This document shows positions 9,412-17,605 of a DNA stretch of 64,000 bases, piece after piece (the first letter of the stretch is position 1; each line of letters begins with the position of its first letter). A program made the position numbers and the translations under genes. This stretch comes from Opitutia bacterium (GTDB taxonomy: Bacteria; Verrucomicrobiota; Verrucomicrobiia; Opitutales; T3Sed10-336), in NCBI GenBank assembly GCA_050506795.1, contig JBJHCF010000021.1, forward strand, positions 1 through 64,000, written 5' to 3'. The notes under the pieces were generated by a model. The model had not been told where the DNA came from. It ran no database searches and worked only from the letters and a program-made list of their open reading frames with translations.

Positions 9412-10332
9412 ATGGCCGTCATCGATACCGTTGCCCCGGTTTTTATTCTGATTGGAATCGGCGCGCTCCTCTTTCGCTCCTTCCTTGACGCCGCCGTGCT
9501 GCGGGGGGTCAACTGGCTCACCTATTGGGTTGGACTGCCCGTGCTGCTGTTCAATTCCATCGCCGCCGCCGATCTGGTGAATCCGGCGGCGATCCGGGTA
9601 TTTCTTGTGGTCCTGGGCGCTACGATCATCACCGTGGTTACCGCCGCGATCGCGGTGCGGTTGACGGGTTTACGTCGCACTTCCGGCGGGACTTTCCTGC
9701 AGGCGACCTTCCGGGGCAATCTGGCGTTTATCGGAATTCCCGTGGTGATTTTTGCCTATCCGGAGAGTTCGACCGCGGGCACCCTGGCCGTATTGACGCT
9801 GGCGCCCATGATGTTGGTTTACAATGTGATTTCGGTATTGGTTCTGCAGCGAAGCCAAACCGACTCCCGCGGGTGGGAAATGATGCGCACGCTGTTGCGC
9901 GCCCTGTTTGCCAATCCGCTGATCGTCGGAAGCGCTCTCGGGGCAATCGTGGCCGTCGCGGGCGTCGAGTTGCCGTTTTTTCTCCAGCGATCGATGCGGG
10001 TCCTGGGAGAGACTGCGCCCGGTCTCGCGCTGATCAGCATCGGGGGTTCCCTGGCAGTGGTAAAGCTCGGGGGACGACTGAAGCCGGCGGTATGGGCCGC
10101 TGCGTTCAAAGTGGCCCTCTGTCCCCTGGCCGGAGTCCTCCTGGCGTATCTTTTGGGTTTGGAGGGAGAAGCCTTGGGCGTGGCCTTGATTTTTCTGGCC
10201 GCGCCCACTGCCGCCGCGTCGTTTATCCTGGCTCAGCAATTTGGCGGCGACGAAGGCCTGGCCTCCGGCGCCATTGTTATCAGCACCCTGTTCTCGATCG
10301 TTTCCCTGAGCCTGGTTGTGGCGTTTTGCTGA
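9412..10332 (+). CDS. AEC (auxin efflux carrier) family transporter
   Basis: About 10 TM segments; FRGNLAFIGIP, NPLI, PTAAASFILAQQFGGD. Confidence 0.9.
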   Translation: MAVIDTVAPVFILIGIGALLFRSFLDAAVLRGVNWLTYWVGLPVLLFNSIAAADLVNPAAIRVFLVVLGATIITVVTAAIAVRLTGLRRTSGGTFLQATFRGNLAFIGIPVVIFAYPESSTAGTLAVLTLAPMMLVYNVISVLVLQRSQTDSRGWEMMRTLLRALFANPLIVGSALGAIVAVAGVELPFFLQRSMRVLGETAPGLALISIGGSLAVVKLGGRLKPAVWAAAFKVALCPLAGVLLAYLLGLEGEALGVALIFLAAPTAAASFILAQQFGGDEGLASGAIVISTLFSIVSLSLVVAFC

Positions 10333-10338
10333 AGGAAC

Positions 10339-11025
10339 TCAGTTTCGCAGGTAATCGGGGGTAAAGTCTTGCGCCCGGCTGCGTTGCGGGCGAGACGGCG
10401 TGAAGGAGTCCGGAGAAGTGGTGGCGGCTTCGGTGGTGGCGGCCCCCGAGCTCCAGGGCGTCGAACCAAAGGGACTTGTGCTCGCATTGCGGCTCGAGAA
10501 CGGGCTTCCCCGGTCTTCGGTGGAAGAAAGGGAGCGGATCGAGCTGCCTGGAGCGGTGGCGGCGGAATCGTCGTCAAAAAGTGAGCGCACGGATCCGGTC
10601 CCGCTGCGACCGATTTGCGAAAACTCACCGACCAATGAAGACGCCGGGCTGGGTCGGGCGATGGATTGGGTCCCCGAGTCGGTCGCGGGACGGAAGGACT
10701 CACTGATCAACGATTCTGAGCCGAGCAACGAGCCGCGAGTCAAATCGGGAATGGCGCGGTGCAATCCCGTGTCGCCGGAGAGGCCGGTGGACCAGCCGCT
10801 TTCCCGGTTGTAGCTGCCCCAGTCGATTCCAGTGACGGCGCGGCTCTGAACCCTTTCCTCCCGCCATTGCGAAAATTCGCTCATTGCTTCCTGCATGGCC
10901 GTTTCCCTTTCGGGAGTGGAGGAGGATTCTTCCGGTTCGGCTGCCATGCTTTCCGCGGCGTTCGCGGTGAGCACCGCAACGCACGGCAGGAGTAGAAGGG
11001 TCAGAATTTGTTTGGTAAATTTCAT
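10339..11025 (-). CDS. Hypothetical exported Ser/Thr-rich protein
   Basis: RBS-like AGGAGA upstream; MKFTKQILTLLLL..ANA signal peptide; low-complexity body. Confidence 0.65.
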   Translation of the reverse strand: MKFTKQILTLLLLPCVAVLTANAAESMAAEPEESSSTPERETAMQEAMSEFSQWREERVQSRAVTGIDWGSYNRESGWSTGLSGDTGLHRAIPDLTRGSLLGSESLISESFRPATDSGTQSIARPSPASSLVGEFSQIGRSGTGSVRSLFDDDSAATAPGSSIRSLSSTEDRGSPFSSRNASTSPFGSTPWSSGAATTEAATTSPDSFTPSRPQRSRAQDFTPDYLRN

Positions 11026-11242
11026 AGGGTTCTCCTGATCGAAGGACTTTGGTCAGTGACTCTGTTCGGCGAAGCGCCGCAGAGGCAAAGATACCTTGGA
11101 AATTAAAGCGTGGAGCGGACATGTCAAGGATGACTGGCGGATCCCTCCAGCGCCGGTTTTGCGATTGCCTGCCCCTTGAATCCCCTGCAGGGTTGGACGC
11201 GGATTTCCCTTTAGATTCAGCACGGAAGCGCACGTTCATCCG

Positions 11243-12748
11243 ATGAGCCAGGAGACCTATATTCTTGCCCTCGACCAGGGAACCAGCAGTTCGCGTTCGA
11301 TTCTTTTCGATCGCGCCAGCCGGGTGGTGGCGGTGGCGCAGAAGGAATTCCGTCAGATTTACCCGCGACCCGGGTGGGTGGAGCACGATCCCATGGACAT
11401 CTGGTCCAGCCAGAGCGCCACCGCTGCCGAGGTGCTGGCCCAGGCCGACGCGGGGCGCGATTCGATCGCGGCGGTGGGTCTGACCAACCAGCGGGAAACC
11501 ACGTTGTTGTGGGACCGGGAAACGGGCCGGCCGGTTTACAACGCCATTGTCTGGCAGGACCGGCGCACCGCCGATTTTTGCGCTCAGCTCAAGAGCGAGG
11601 GGGTCGAGCCCGCGGTGACGGAAAAAACCGGCCTGCGCCTGGATCCCTATTTTTCCGGAACCAAGATCCGTTGGATCCTGGACAACGTCGAGGGCGTCCG
11701 CGCCCGGGCGGTGGATGGCAAACTGTGTTTCGGTACCGTGGACACCTGGTTGCTTTGGCAGTTGACCGGTCGTCAGGCCCACCTGACCGATGTCACCAAC
11801 GCGTCGCGCACCCTGCTGTTTAATTTGAAAACCGGAGACTGGGACGACGACCTTCTCGAGATTTTTGACATTCCACGCGCCATTCTTCCTGAGATTCGTT
11901 CCTGTTCCGAGGTCTACGGCAAAGTCGGCCCCAATCTGCATCCGGCGGGAGCGCGCATCGCCGGGATCGCCGGCGACCAGCAGGCGGCCTTGTTCGGTCA
12001 GGCCTGTTTTCGCCCCGGTATGGCCAAGAACACCTACGGCACGGGTTGCTTCCTGCTCATGAATACCGGGGACCAACCCATTCCTTCGGAAAACAATCTG
12101 CTGACCACCGTGGCCTGGCAAGTGAAGGGCAAAACCGAATACGCCCTGGAGGGGTCGATTTTCATCGGCGGCGCCGCGGTGCAGTGGGTGCGCGACGAAT
12201 TAAAAATGGTCGCCAGCGCGGAGGAGTTGGACCGGTTGGCCGAAAGCGTGCCGGACGCCGGAGGCCTGTTCCTGGTGCCGGCCTTCGCCGGCCTGGGGGC
12301 TCCGCATTGGGATCCGTACGCGCGCGGCCTCGCCGTGGGGATCACCCGCGGCACCGGCCGGGCTCAGTTTTGCCGGGCGGTTTTGGAAGGGATCGCCTTC
12401 CAGAGTGCCGATCTGATTTCCTGCATGGAAAAGGACAGCGGCCTCGAATTGAAGGAGTTGCGGGTCGATGGTGGCGCCTGCCGCAGTCGGCCGCTGATGC
12501 AGTTTCAAGCCGATCTTCTCGGCCGCCCCGTGGTGCGTCCGAAGAACATCGAAACCACCGCCCTGGGCGCCGCCTACCACGCCGGACTGGCGGTCGGCTT
12601 CTGGGAGGACCGCGAGGATATCGTTCGGAACTGGGAGGTGGATGCCCGCTTCGAACGAAAGCGCGATCCGGAAGAGATGGCCGGACTGCAATCCGACTGG
12701 AACCGGGCCGTCGAGCGAGCCAAGGGCTGGGAGAAGGCATCCGGCTAG
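11243..12748 (+). CDS. glpK: Glycerol kinase
   Basis: [51 protein letters not shown]. Confidence 0.97.
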   Translation: MSQETYILALDQGTSSSRSILFDRASRVVAVAQKEFRQIYPRPGWVEHDPMDIWSSQSATAAEVLAQADAGRDSIAAVGLTNQRETTLLWDRETGRPVYNAIVWQDRRTADFCAQLKSEGVEPAVTEKTGLRLDPYFSGTKIRWILDNVEGVRARAVDGKLCFGTVDTWLLWQLTGRQAHLTDVTNASRTLLFNLKTGDWDDDLLEIFDIPRAILPEIRSCSEVYGKVGPNLHPAGARIAGIAGDQQAALFGQACFRPGMAKNTYGTGCFLLMNTGDQPIPSENNLLTTVAWQVKGKTEYALEGSIFIGGAAVQWVRDELKMVASAEELDRLAESVPDAGGLFLVPAFAGLGAPHWDPYARGLAVGITRGTGRAQFCRAVLEGIAFQSADLISCMEKDSGLELKELRVDGGACRSRPLMQFQADLLGRPVVRPKNIETTALGAAYHAGLAVGFWEDREDIVRNWEVDARFERKRDPEEMAGLQSDWNRAVERAKGWEKASG

Positions 12749-12797
12749 CAGCCTGAATGGCGCTCGGTTAAGCCGGTTGATCGCTTGATGAAACCGT

Positions 12798-12948
12798 ATC
12801 GAGATCGCGATGGCGCTTCCCTTTCCTGGAGGGCGGCGCTCCCGCGCCGCCGGTGTGCGGGCAAGATGCCCGCGCCGCCATGCGGGAGCATGGGCCTCCA
12901 GGGGAAGAATCGATGCGATTCGGTTAAGCCTAAGCTGCTTCGATCAAC
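12798..12948 (+). repeat. Composite palindromic element, copy 2
   Basis: TGGAGGGCGGCGCTCCCGCGCCGCC..GCGGGCAAGATGCCCGC..CCATGCGGGAGCATGGGCCTCCA..GATGCGATTCGGTTAAGCCTAAG. Confidence 0.9.
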
Positions 12949-13105
12949 GCCCTTAACCGTGCCATTCCTCCTAGCCCTATTCGATTTATTTGAGGGATTT
13001 CGCGTTCGCGGGTGTAGAAGAAGGCAGAGGCGTACCGGAAATTCGCAAATGGCGAAGGAATTGATCGAATGGATGGCGCCGTAACCGAATAATTCTATCA
13101 AGACC

Positions 13106-13684
13106 ATGCAGTACCTATCTTGGAAATCCGGAGTTCTATCGGCCGCCTTGTTGCTGGCGGCCGCCGTCACCGTCAATGCCTCGGCGCCCTGTTGCGCCGC
13201 CGCGCCCTCTCCCGCTCCCGCGGGAAATCCGGCGGAAGCGGCCGACGCCGCGGAAAACGGTTTGTTCGCGTATTTTGAAAGAATCTCCGCCGCGCTGGTG
13301 GCGGACGACCTGGATGCAGCCCGGAAAGCGGCCCGGGAAACGGCGGAACTGGCAGCCGGCAAAGAACAGGAGCGCGCGGCCGAATTCGCCGTCGCAGTGG
13401 CCGAGGCGGAGGGTCTGGAGGCCATGCGGGAAGCCTTTATTCCCTTGAGCCGCGAAGTAATTAAATTGGCTGCCGGAGAGGAAGGCTATTACGTGATGAA
13501 TTGTCCCATGGTGGAAAACGGCAAATGGCTGCAGAGCCACGACGCTGTGCAAAACCCTTACATGGGCCAGCGCATGATCGCCTGCGGCGGGGTCGAAATG
13601 CCAACCGCCGAAATCGAATTGCGCGCCTGTTGCGAGGAGCGACGTGAATGCTGCGACGAAATCGGAGCCTGTTGCCCGGTCTGA
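13106..13684 (+). CDS. DUF3347-type periplasmic metal-binding protein with Cys-rich tail
   Basis: Signal peptide; ALVADD..REAFIPLS..CPM..WLQ..NPYMGQRMIACG; tail CCEERRECCDEIGACC. Confidence 0.85.
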   Translation: MQYLSWKSGVLSAALLLAAAVTVNASAPCCAAAPSPAPAGNPAEAADAAENGLFAYFERISAALVADDLDAARKAARETAELAAGKEQERAAEFAVAVAEAEGLEAMREAFIPLSREVIKLAAGEEGYYVMNCPMVENGKWLQSHDAVQNPYMGQRMIACGGVEMPTAEIELRACCEERRECCDEIGACCPV

Positions 13685-13721
13685 GCTGTAGTCTGTGAAC
13701 CGGGGACCAGGGGCAACGGCT

Positions 13722-15194
13722 ATGGTGCGACGGAACAAGAGCCGATCGAATGTGACCTCCGGTTGCCGGTACCTGCCTTTGCGGCCGGCGGTCGCTCTTT
13801 TCGGGGCTCTGTTGCTCCTGGGCGGATGCTCGACTTCGGGCGGCACCCTCCACTATGAGTGGGCTCCCGAAAGGCAAATTTCCGCTGCGAGCGGCGATCG
13901 GGACGAGCATACGGAATCGGCAATTCCCAATCCGGCTCCCGGCAGTGCCAACTCGGCCGGAAACGGCGATCAGGAGGCGCCCTTTTTGGCGGAGGATGAC
14001 ATGAGCCTGGCCGACCTACTGACCTACGCGCTGGAGCATAATCCCTCCGTCGAAGCGGCTTTCGAGCGCTGGCGCGCGGCGACCGATCGCGCGCCACAGG
14101 CGCGCAGCCTGCCGGACCCGCAGTTGACCTACGGGTACTTCGTCCTGCGGAGCGCCGAGCGGCAGGGGATGATGGAGAGGCAGCGTATTTCCATTACCCA
14201 GATGTTTCCCTGGTTCGGTACCCTGGATTCGCGGGGCAGTGCCGCCGAACAACAGGCCCACGCGGTTGCCCGCCGGCTCGAGGCCGAGGTGAACCGTCTG
14301 GTGGCGGAGGTGCGTAAACAGTATGCCGAATACTATTACGTCGAGGCGGCGCTAAGAATCCTCGAAGAACAGCGTGAGATCGTGAACGGGTTGAATGTAG
14401 CGATCGAAGCATCCTACGAAAGCGGCCTGGCGAACCTTGCCGATGTGCTCCGCATTGCCAGCGACCTGGACCGGATTGGCGACCGGGTGCAATCCCTGGA
14501 GGAACGGCGCCGGCCGGTCGTGGCCGAACTGAATCGTCTGCTTGGCCGTCCGGCCGGCGCGGCGCTGCCGGCGCCCCGCGAATGGGATTTCCGTGCCGCG
14601 GACGACGAGGAACTCCTGGAGCTCGCTGCCGAATTGTACCGGCATCCTGAACTGCGGGCGCGTGAAAGTGAGATTCGCGCCGCCGAAGACGCCGTGCGGC
14701 TCGCCCGGCACCAGGGCCGTCCGGATTTTATGGTGGGGGCCGAAGTCATGGAGCGCCGCGGCGAGCAGACGGAGGGTCTCCTCATGCTGGGAATGAGTCT
14801 TCCGGTCTGGCGCGAAAATTACTCCGCCGCCCGGCGCGAAGCGCGGGCGCAGCGTCGCGAAGTCGCCGCCGAGCGTCAGGCCTTGACCCTCGACCTGGAA
14901 GCGCGTTTTGCCGGCGCGGTTTTTGAACTTCGCGATGCCGAACGCCAGGTGCGCCTGTACGACGAATCGCTCCTTCCGCGCGCGGAAGGGACGTTTGCCA
15001 TCGTCGAGGCCGCCTACTTCGAAGGCGAGGCGAGTTTCGTCGATTTGACCGCCGCCCGACGCGAGCTGCTCGATATTCGGGACGCGCGCGCGCGATCCCT
15101 GGCCGACCAGGCCGGGAGCTACGCGGAGCTCTACGAACTGGCCGGACGCGGAGCGGCCGAATCCCCTGATTTTTTCCAAAATGAACGCCCGTAA
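13722..15194 (+). CDS. TolC/CusC-family outer-membrane efflux lipoprotein (start uncertain)
   Basis: Lipobox LLLGGC; ALEHNP, SLPDPQL, QMFPWFG, LPVWR; first gene of an RND trio. Confidence 0.88.
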   Translation: MVRRNKSRSNVTSGCRYLPLRPAVALFGALLLLGGCSTSGGTLHYEWAPERQISAASGDRDEHTESAIPNPAPGSANSAGNGDQEAPFLAEDDMSLADLLTYALEHNPSVEAAFERWRAATDRAPQARSLPDPQLTYGYFVLRSAERQGMMERQRISITQMFPWFGTLDSRGSAAEQQAHAVARRLEAEVNRLVAEVRKQYAEYYYVEAALRILEEQREIVNGLNVAIEASYESGLANLADVLRIASDLDRIGDRVQSLEERRRPVVAELNRLLGRPAGAALPAPREWDFRAADDEELLELAAELYRHPELRARESEIRAAEDAVRLARHQGRPDFMVGAEVMERRGEQTEGLLMLGMSLPVWRENYSAARREARAQRREVAAERQALTLDLEARFAGAVFELRDAERQVRLYDESLLPRAEGTFAIVEAAYFEGEASFVDLTAARRELLDIRDARARSLADQAGSYAELYELAGRGAAESPDFFQNERP

Positions 15195-17022
15195 AACAAA
15201 CGTCACCTGGATCCTTTTCGCCACCGGGGCGGTGCTTGTGGCCTTCGCCGTGGGTCGGTGGACCTCCGGCGACGGAGAAGCCGCTCACCGCACGGAGCCG
15301 GAGGAGCCCGCTCGCGAAACGGTTTATTACTGCCCGATGCATCCGGAGCAGACCTCCACCAACCCGGACGCCACCTGTCCGATTTGCGGCATGGATCTGG
15401 TGGCCGGTGATCCCGACGACGAAGACGACCGTGACCTGCCGCGGCTCCGTCTGAGCGAGCGTTCCATGGCTCTGATGAATGTCGAGGTGTCGCCGGTCGA
15501 GCGACGAACCATCGAAGCGCCTCTCCACTTTCTCGGTCGTCTGGAAGCCGATGAAACCCGCTTGCGCGACGTCGTGGCCCGGTCGTCCGGTTACGTGGAA
15601 CAGCTCTACGCGAATTACCAGTGGCAGATGGTGGCCGAAGGGGAGCCCCTGGCGGAAATCTACAGCCCGGAGGTCCGGGCCGCCGCGCGGGAATTGCTGG
15701 TGAATCAGAGCGGGGTCCTTGCCGGAAATCAGGGTGCGCTCGAAGGCGCCAAAGGCCGGCTCACTCGTCTGGGTGTTTCCGCCGACCAGATCGCGGAAAT
15801 TCTCGAAACGGGGGAGGCACCGAGGACGTTCCAAATCCGCAGTCCGATCACCGGGCACATCATGAATCTCAGCGGACGCGAAGGACACTGGCTGGATGAA
15901 GGCGACCGGCTGGTTCAGATCATGAACCCTTCCGGTCTCTGGTTGCAGTTGGATGTATATGAACGTGACCTGGCCTGGCTCCGGCGGGGTCTTCCGGTGG
16001 CCTTCACCGTGGAGGCGTTCCCCGGGGAAGCGTTTGCAGGAGAGGTGAGCTTCATCGACCCCCACCTCGATCCGCGCAGCCGTACGGTTCGCGTGCGGGT
16101 GGACGTGCCCAATCCGGAGTTGCGTCTCAAGCCCGGCATGTTCGCCCGCGGCTCCATCCTGATGCGTATCGGCGAACCACGGCCGGACCTGCTGGAAGCG
16201 CCACCTCCGATCGACGACATTGCCGGTATCCGGGACGAAGCGGCGGAACCGCCCCTGCTGATCCCGGCTTCCGCCCCGCTGATCACCGGTCGTCGCGCCA
16301 TTGTGTATGTGAAAGACCCGGACGCCGAACGGCCCACCTTTGAGGGGCGGCGGATCGTTCTGGGGTCCCGCGCCGGAGATTATTACCTGGTTCGCGAGGG
16401 CCTGGACGAAGGCGAACTCGTGGTGACCCGCGGCGCGTTCAAGATCGACAGTGAGCTGCAGATCCGCGGCCGCCCCAGTATGATGTCCGCCAGATGGGAA
16501 GAAGAGCCCGATCCCGCGCCCGAGCCCGAAGACTACCGCGATCCCCCGGAACCGGCCGATTTTGCCGCCGAGGTCCCCGAATCCTTCGGACAGGAATTGC
16601 GGCCCCTGGTGCGGGGGTACCTCGACCTGGCCACCGCCCTGGCCGCCGACGATTTCGAAGGCGCCCGGGATGGGGTGGGCACCCTGCACGAAGCGCTGCT
16701 CGAGATCGGCCAGCACCGGCTCGACGGCGACGCTCACATGGCTTGGATGGAGCGCTACGAGGCGGTCCACGTGCTCAGTCACCGCATGGAACACGCCGAC
16801 GCGATCGAAGGCATCCGCGCTCACCTCCAGGAACTCACCCGCGAGATCGAACACATCGCCGTCTCCTTCGGCGTCGGCCAACTGCCCACCCTGTACCGCG
16901 TATACTGCCCCATGGCCCACGACGACGAAGGCGCCACCTGGCTACAGGACCACGACACCGTCGACAACGCCTACTTCGGCGCCTCCATGCTTCGCTGCGG
17001 CGAAGTCCTCGGCGAGTTGTGA
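15181..17022 (+). CDS. cusB: CusB-type RND periplasmic adaptor with heavy-metal-binding domain and C-terminal DUF3347
   Basis: YYCPMHP..CPICGMDL, GYVEQLY, LKPGMF, YCPMA..WLQ..NAYFGASMLRCG. Confidence 0.92.
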   Translation: MNARKTNVTWILFATGAVLVAFAVGRWTSGDGEAAHRTEPEEPARETVYYCPMHPEQTSTNPDATCPICGMDLVAGDPDDEDDRDLPRLRLSERSMALMNVEVSPVERRTIEAPLHFLGRLEADETRLRDVVARSSGYVEQLYANYQWQMVAEGEPLAEIYSPEVRAAARELLVNQSGVLAGNQGALEGAKGRLTRLGVSADQIAEILETGEAPRTFQIRSPITGHIMNLSGREGHWLDEGDRLVQIMNPSGLWLQLDVYERDLAWLRRGLPVAFTVEAFPGEAFAGEVSFIDPHLDPRSRTVRVRVDVPNPELRLKPGMFARGSILMRIGEPRPDLLEAPPPIDDIAGIRDEAAEPPLLIPASAPLITGRRAIVYVKDPDAERPTFEGRRIVLGSRAGDYYLVREGLDEGELVVTRGAFKIDSELQIRGRPSMMSARWEEEPDPAPEPEDYRDPPEPADFAAEVPESFGQELRPLVRGYLDLATALAADDFEGARDGVGTLHEALLEIGQHRLDGDAHMAWMERYEAVHVLSHRMEHADAIEGIRAHLQELTREIEHIAVSFGVGQLPTLYRVYCPMAHDDEGATWLQDHDTVDNAYFGASMLRCGEVLGEL

Positions 17023-17101
17023 GGGGCGAGGGACATGGGACGTGGGGCGAGGGGCGTGGGGCGAGGGGGCGAGACGGCGAAAGGGCGAGTGGGCGAAGGG
17101 G
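17020..17101 (+). repeat. Left arm: 6 heptamers then 5 octamers, G-rich
   Basis: TGAGGGG CGAGGGA CATGGGA CGTGGGG CGAGGGG CGTGGGG | CGAGGGGG CGAGACGG CGAAAGGG CGAGTGGG CGAAGGGG. Confidence 0.88.
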
Positions 17102-17142
17102 GGATGTGGAATACAAAGTTGAAACGAAAGGAGAAATAATAG

Positions 17143-17589
17143 ATGGCTGTGATCAAGCATTTCCGGGATCTCAACGTATATCAGAGTGCGATGGATACGT
17201 GTATGGAGATCTTTCGGATTACCAAGGTGTTTCCAAATGAGGAGCGGTTTTCGTTGACCGATCAGATTCGCAGATCCTCGCGTTCGGTGTGTGCTAATAT
17301 TGGTTCCGCGTGGCGGAAACGACGTTACCGGGCCGCGTTCATTTCGAAGCTCAGCGATGCCGAAGAGGAAGCCGGGGAGACGCAGGTTTGGTTGGAGGTG
17401 GCCCTAAAAAGCGGGTACTTGGGCGAGAGAGACTTTCTGCGTCTTGATGACGTTTACGACAAGATTCTTGGCCAAATCGTGAAGATGATAGATGAACCTG
17501 AGAAGTGGACGCTTCCGTCTCGTCAGGGTCGTCGTCCCAACTCTCGAAATGCCGAGGATCTGAAAGACCGATTTCCCGCGCGTGACTAA
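17143..17589 (+). CDS. Four-helix-bundle protein (23S rRNA intervening-sequence protein / bAvd-like family)
   Basis: FRDLNVYQ..FPNEERFSLTDQIRRSSRSVCANI..FISKLSDAEEEAGETQVWL; AAAGGAG RBS; lower GC than its neighbours. Confidence 0.92.
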   Translation: MAVIKHFRDLNVYQSAMDTCMEIFRITKVFPNEERFSLTDQIRRSSRSVCANIGSAWRKRRYRAAFISKLSDAEEEAGETQVWLEVALKSGYLGERDFLRLDDVYDKILGQIVKMIDEPEKWTLPSRQGRRPNSRNAEDLKDRFPARD

Positions 17590-17605
17590 GAATCGTTGAT
17601 ACGTT

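Noticed and set aside
12785..13084. Small ORFs sharing SWRAALPRRRCAGKMPA (also at 3677)
   Set aside because: They are translations of the palindromic repeat, not paralogous genes.
17143..17589. Diversity-generating retroelement (Avd-like gene)
   Set aside because: No reverse transcriptase and no template/variable repeat pair with adenine-specific mismatches seen in the window.
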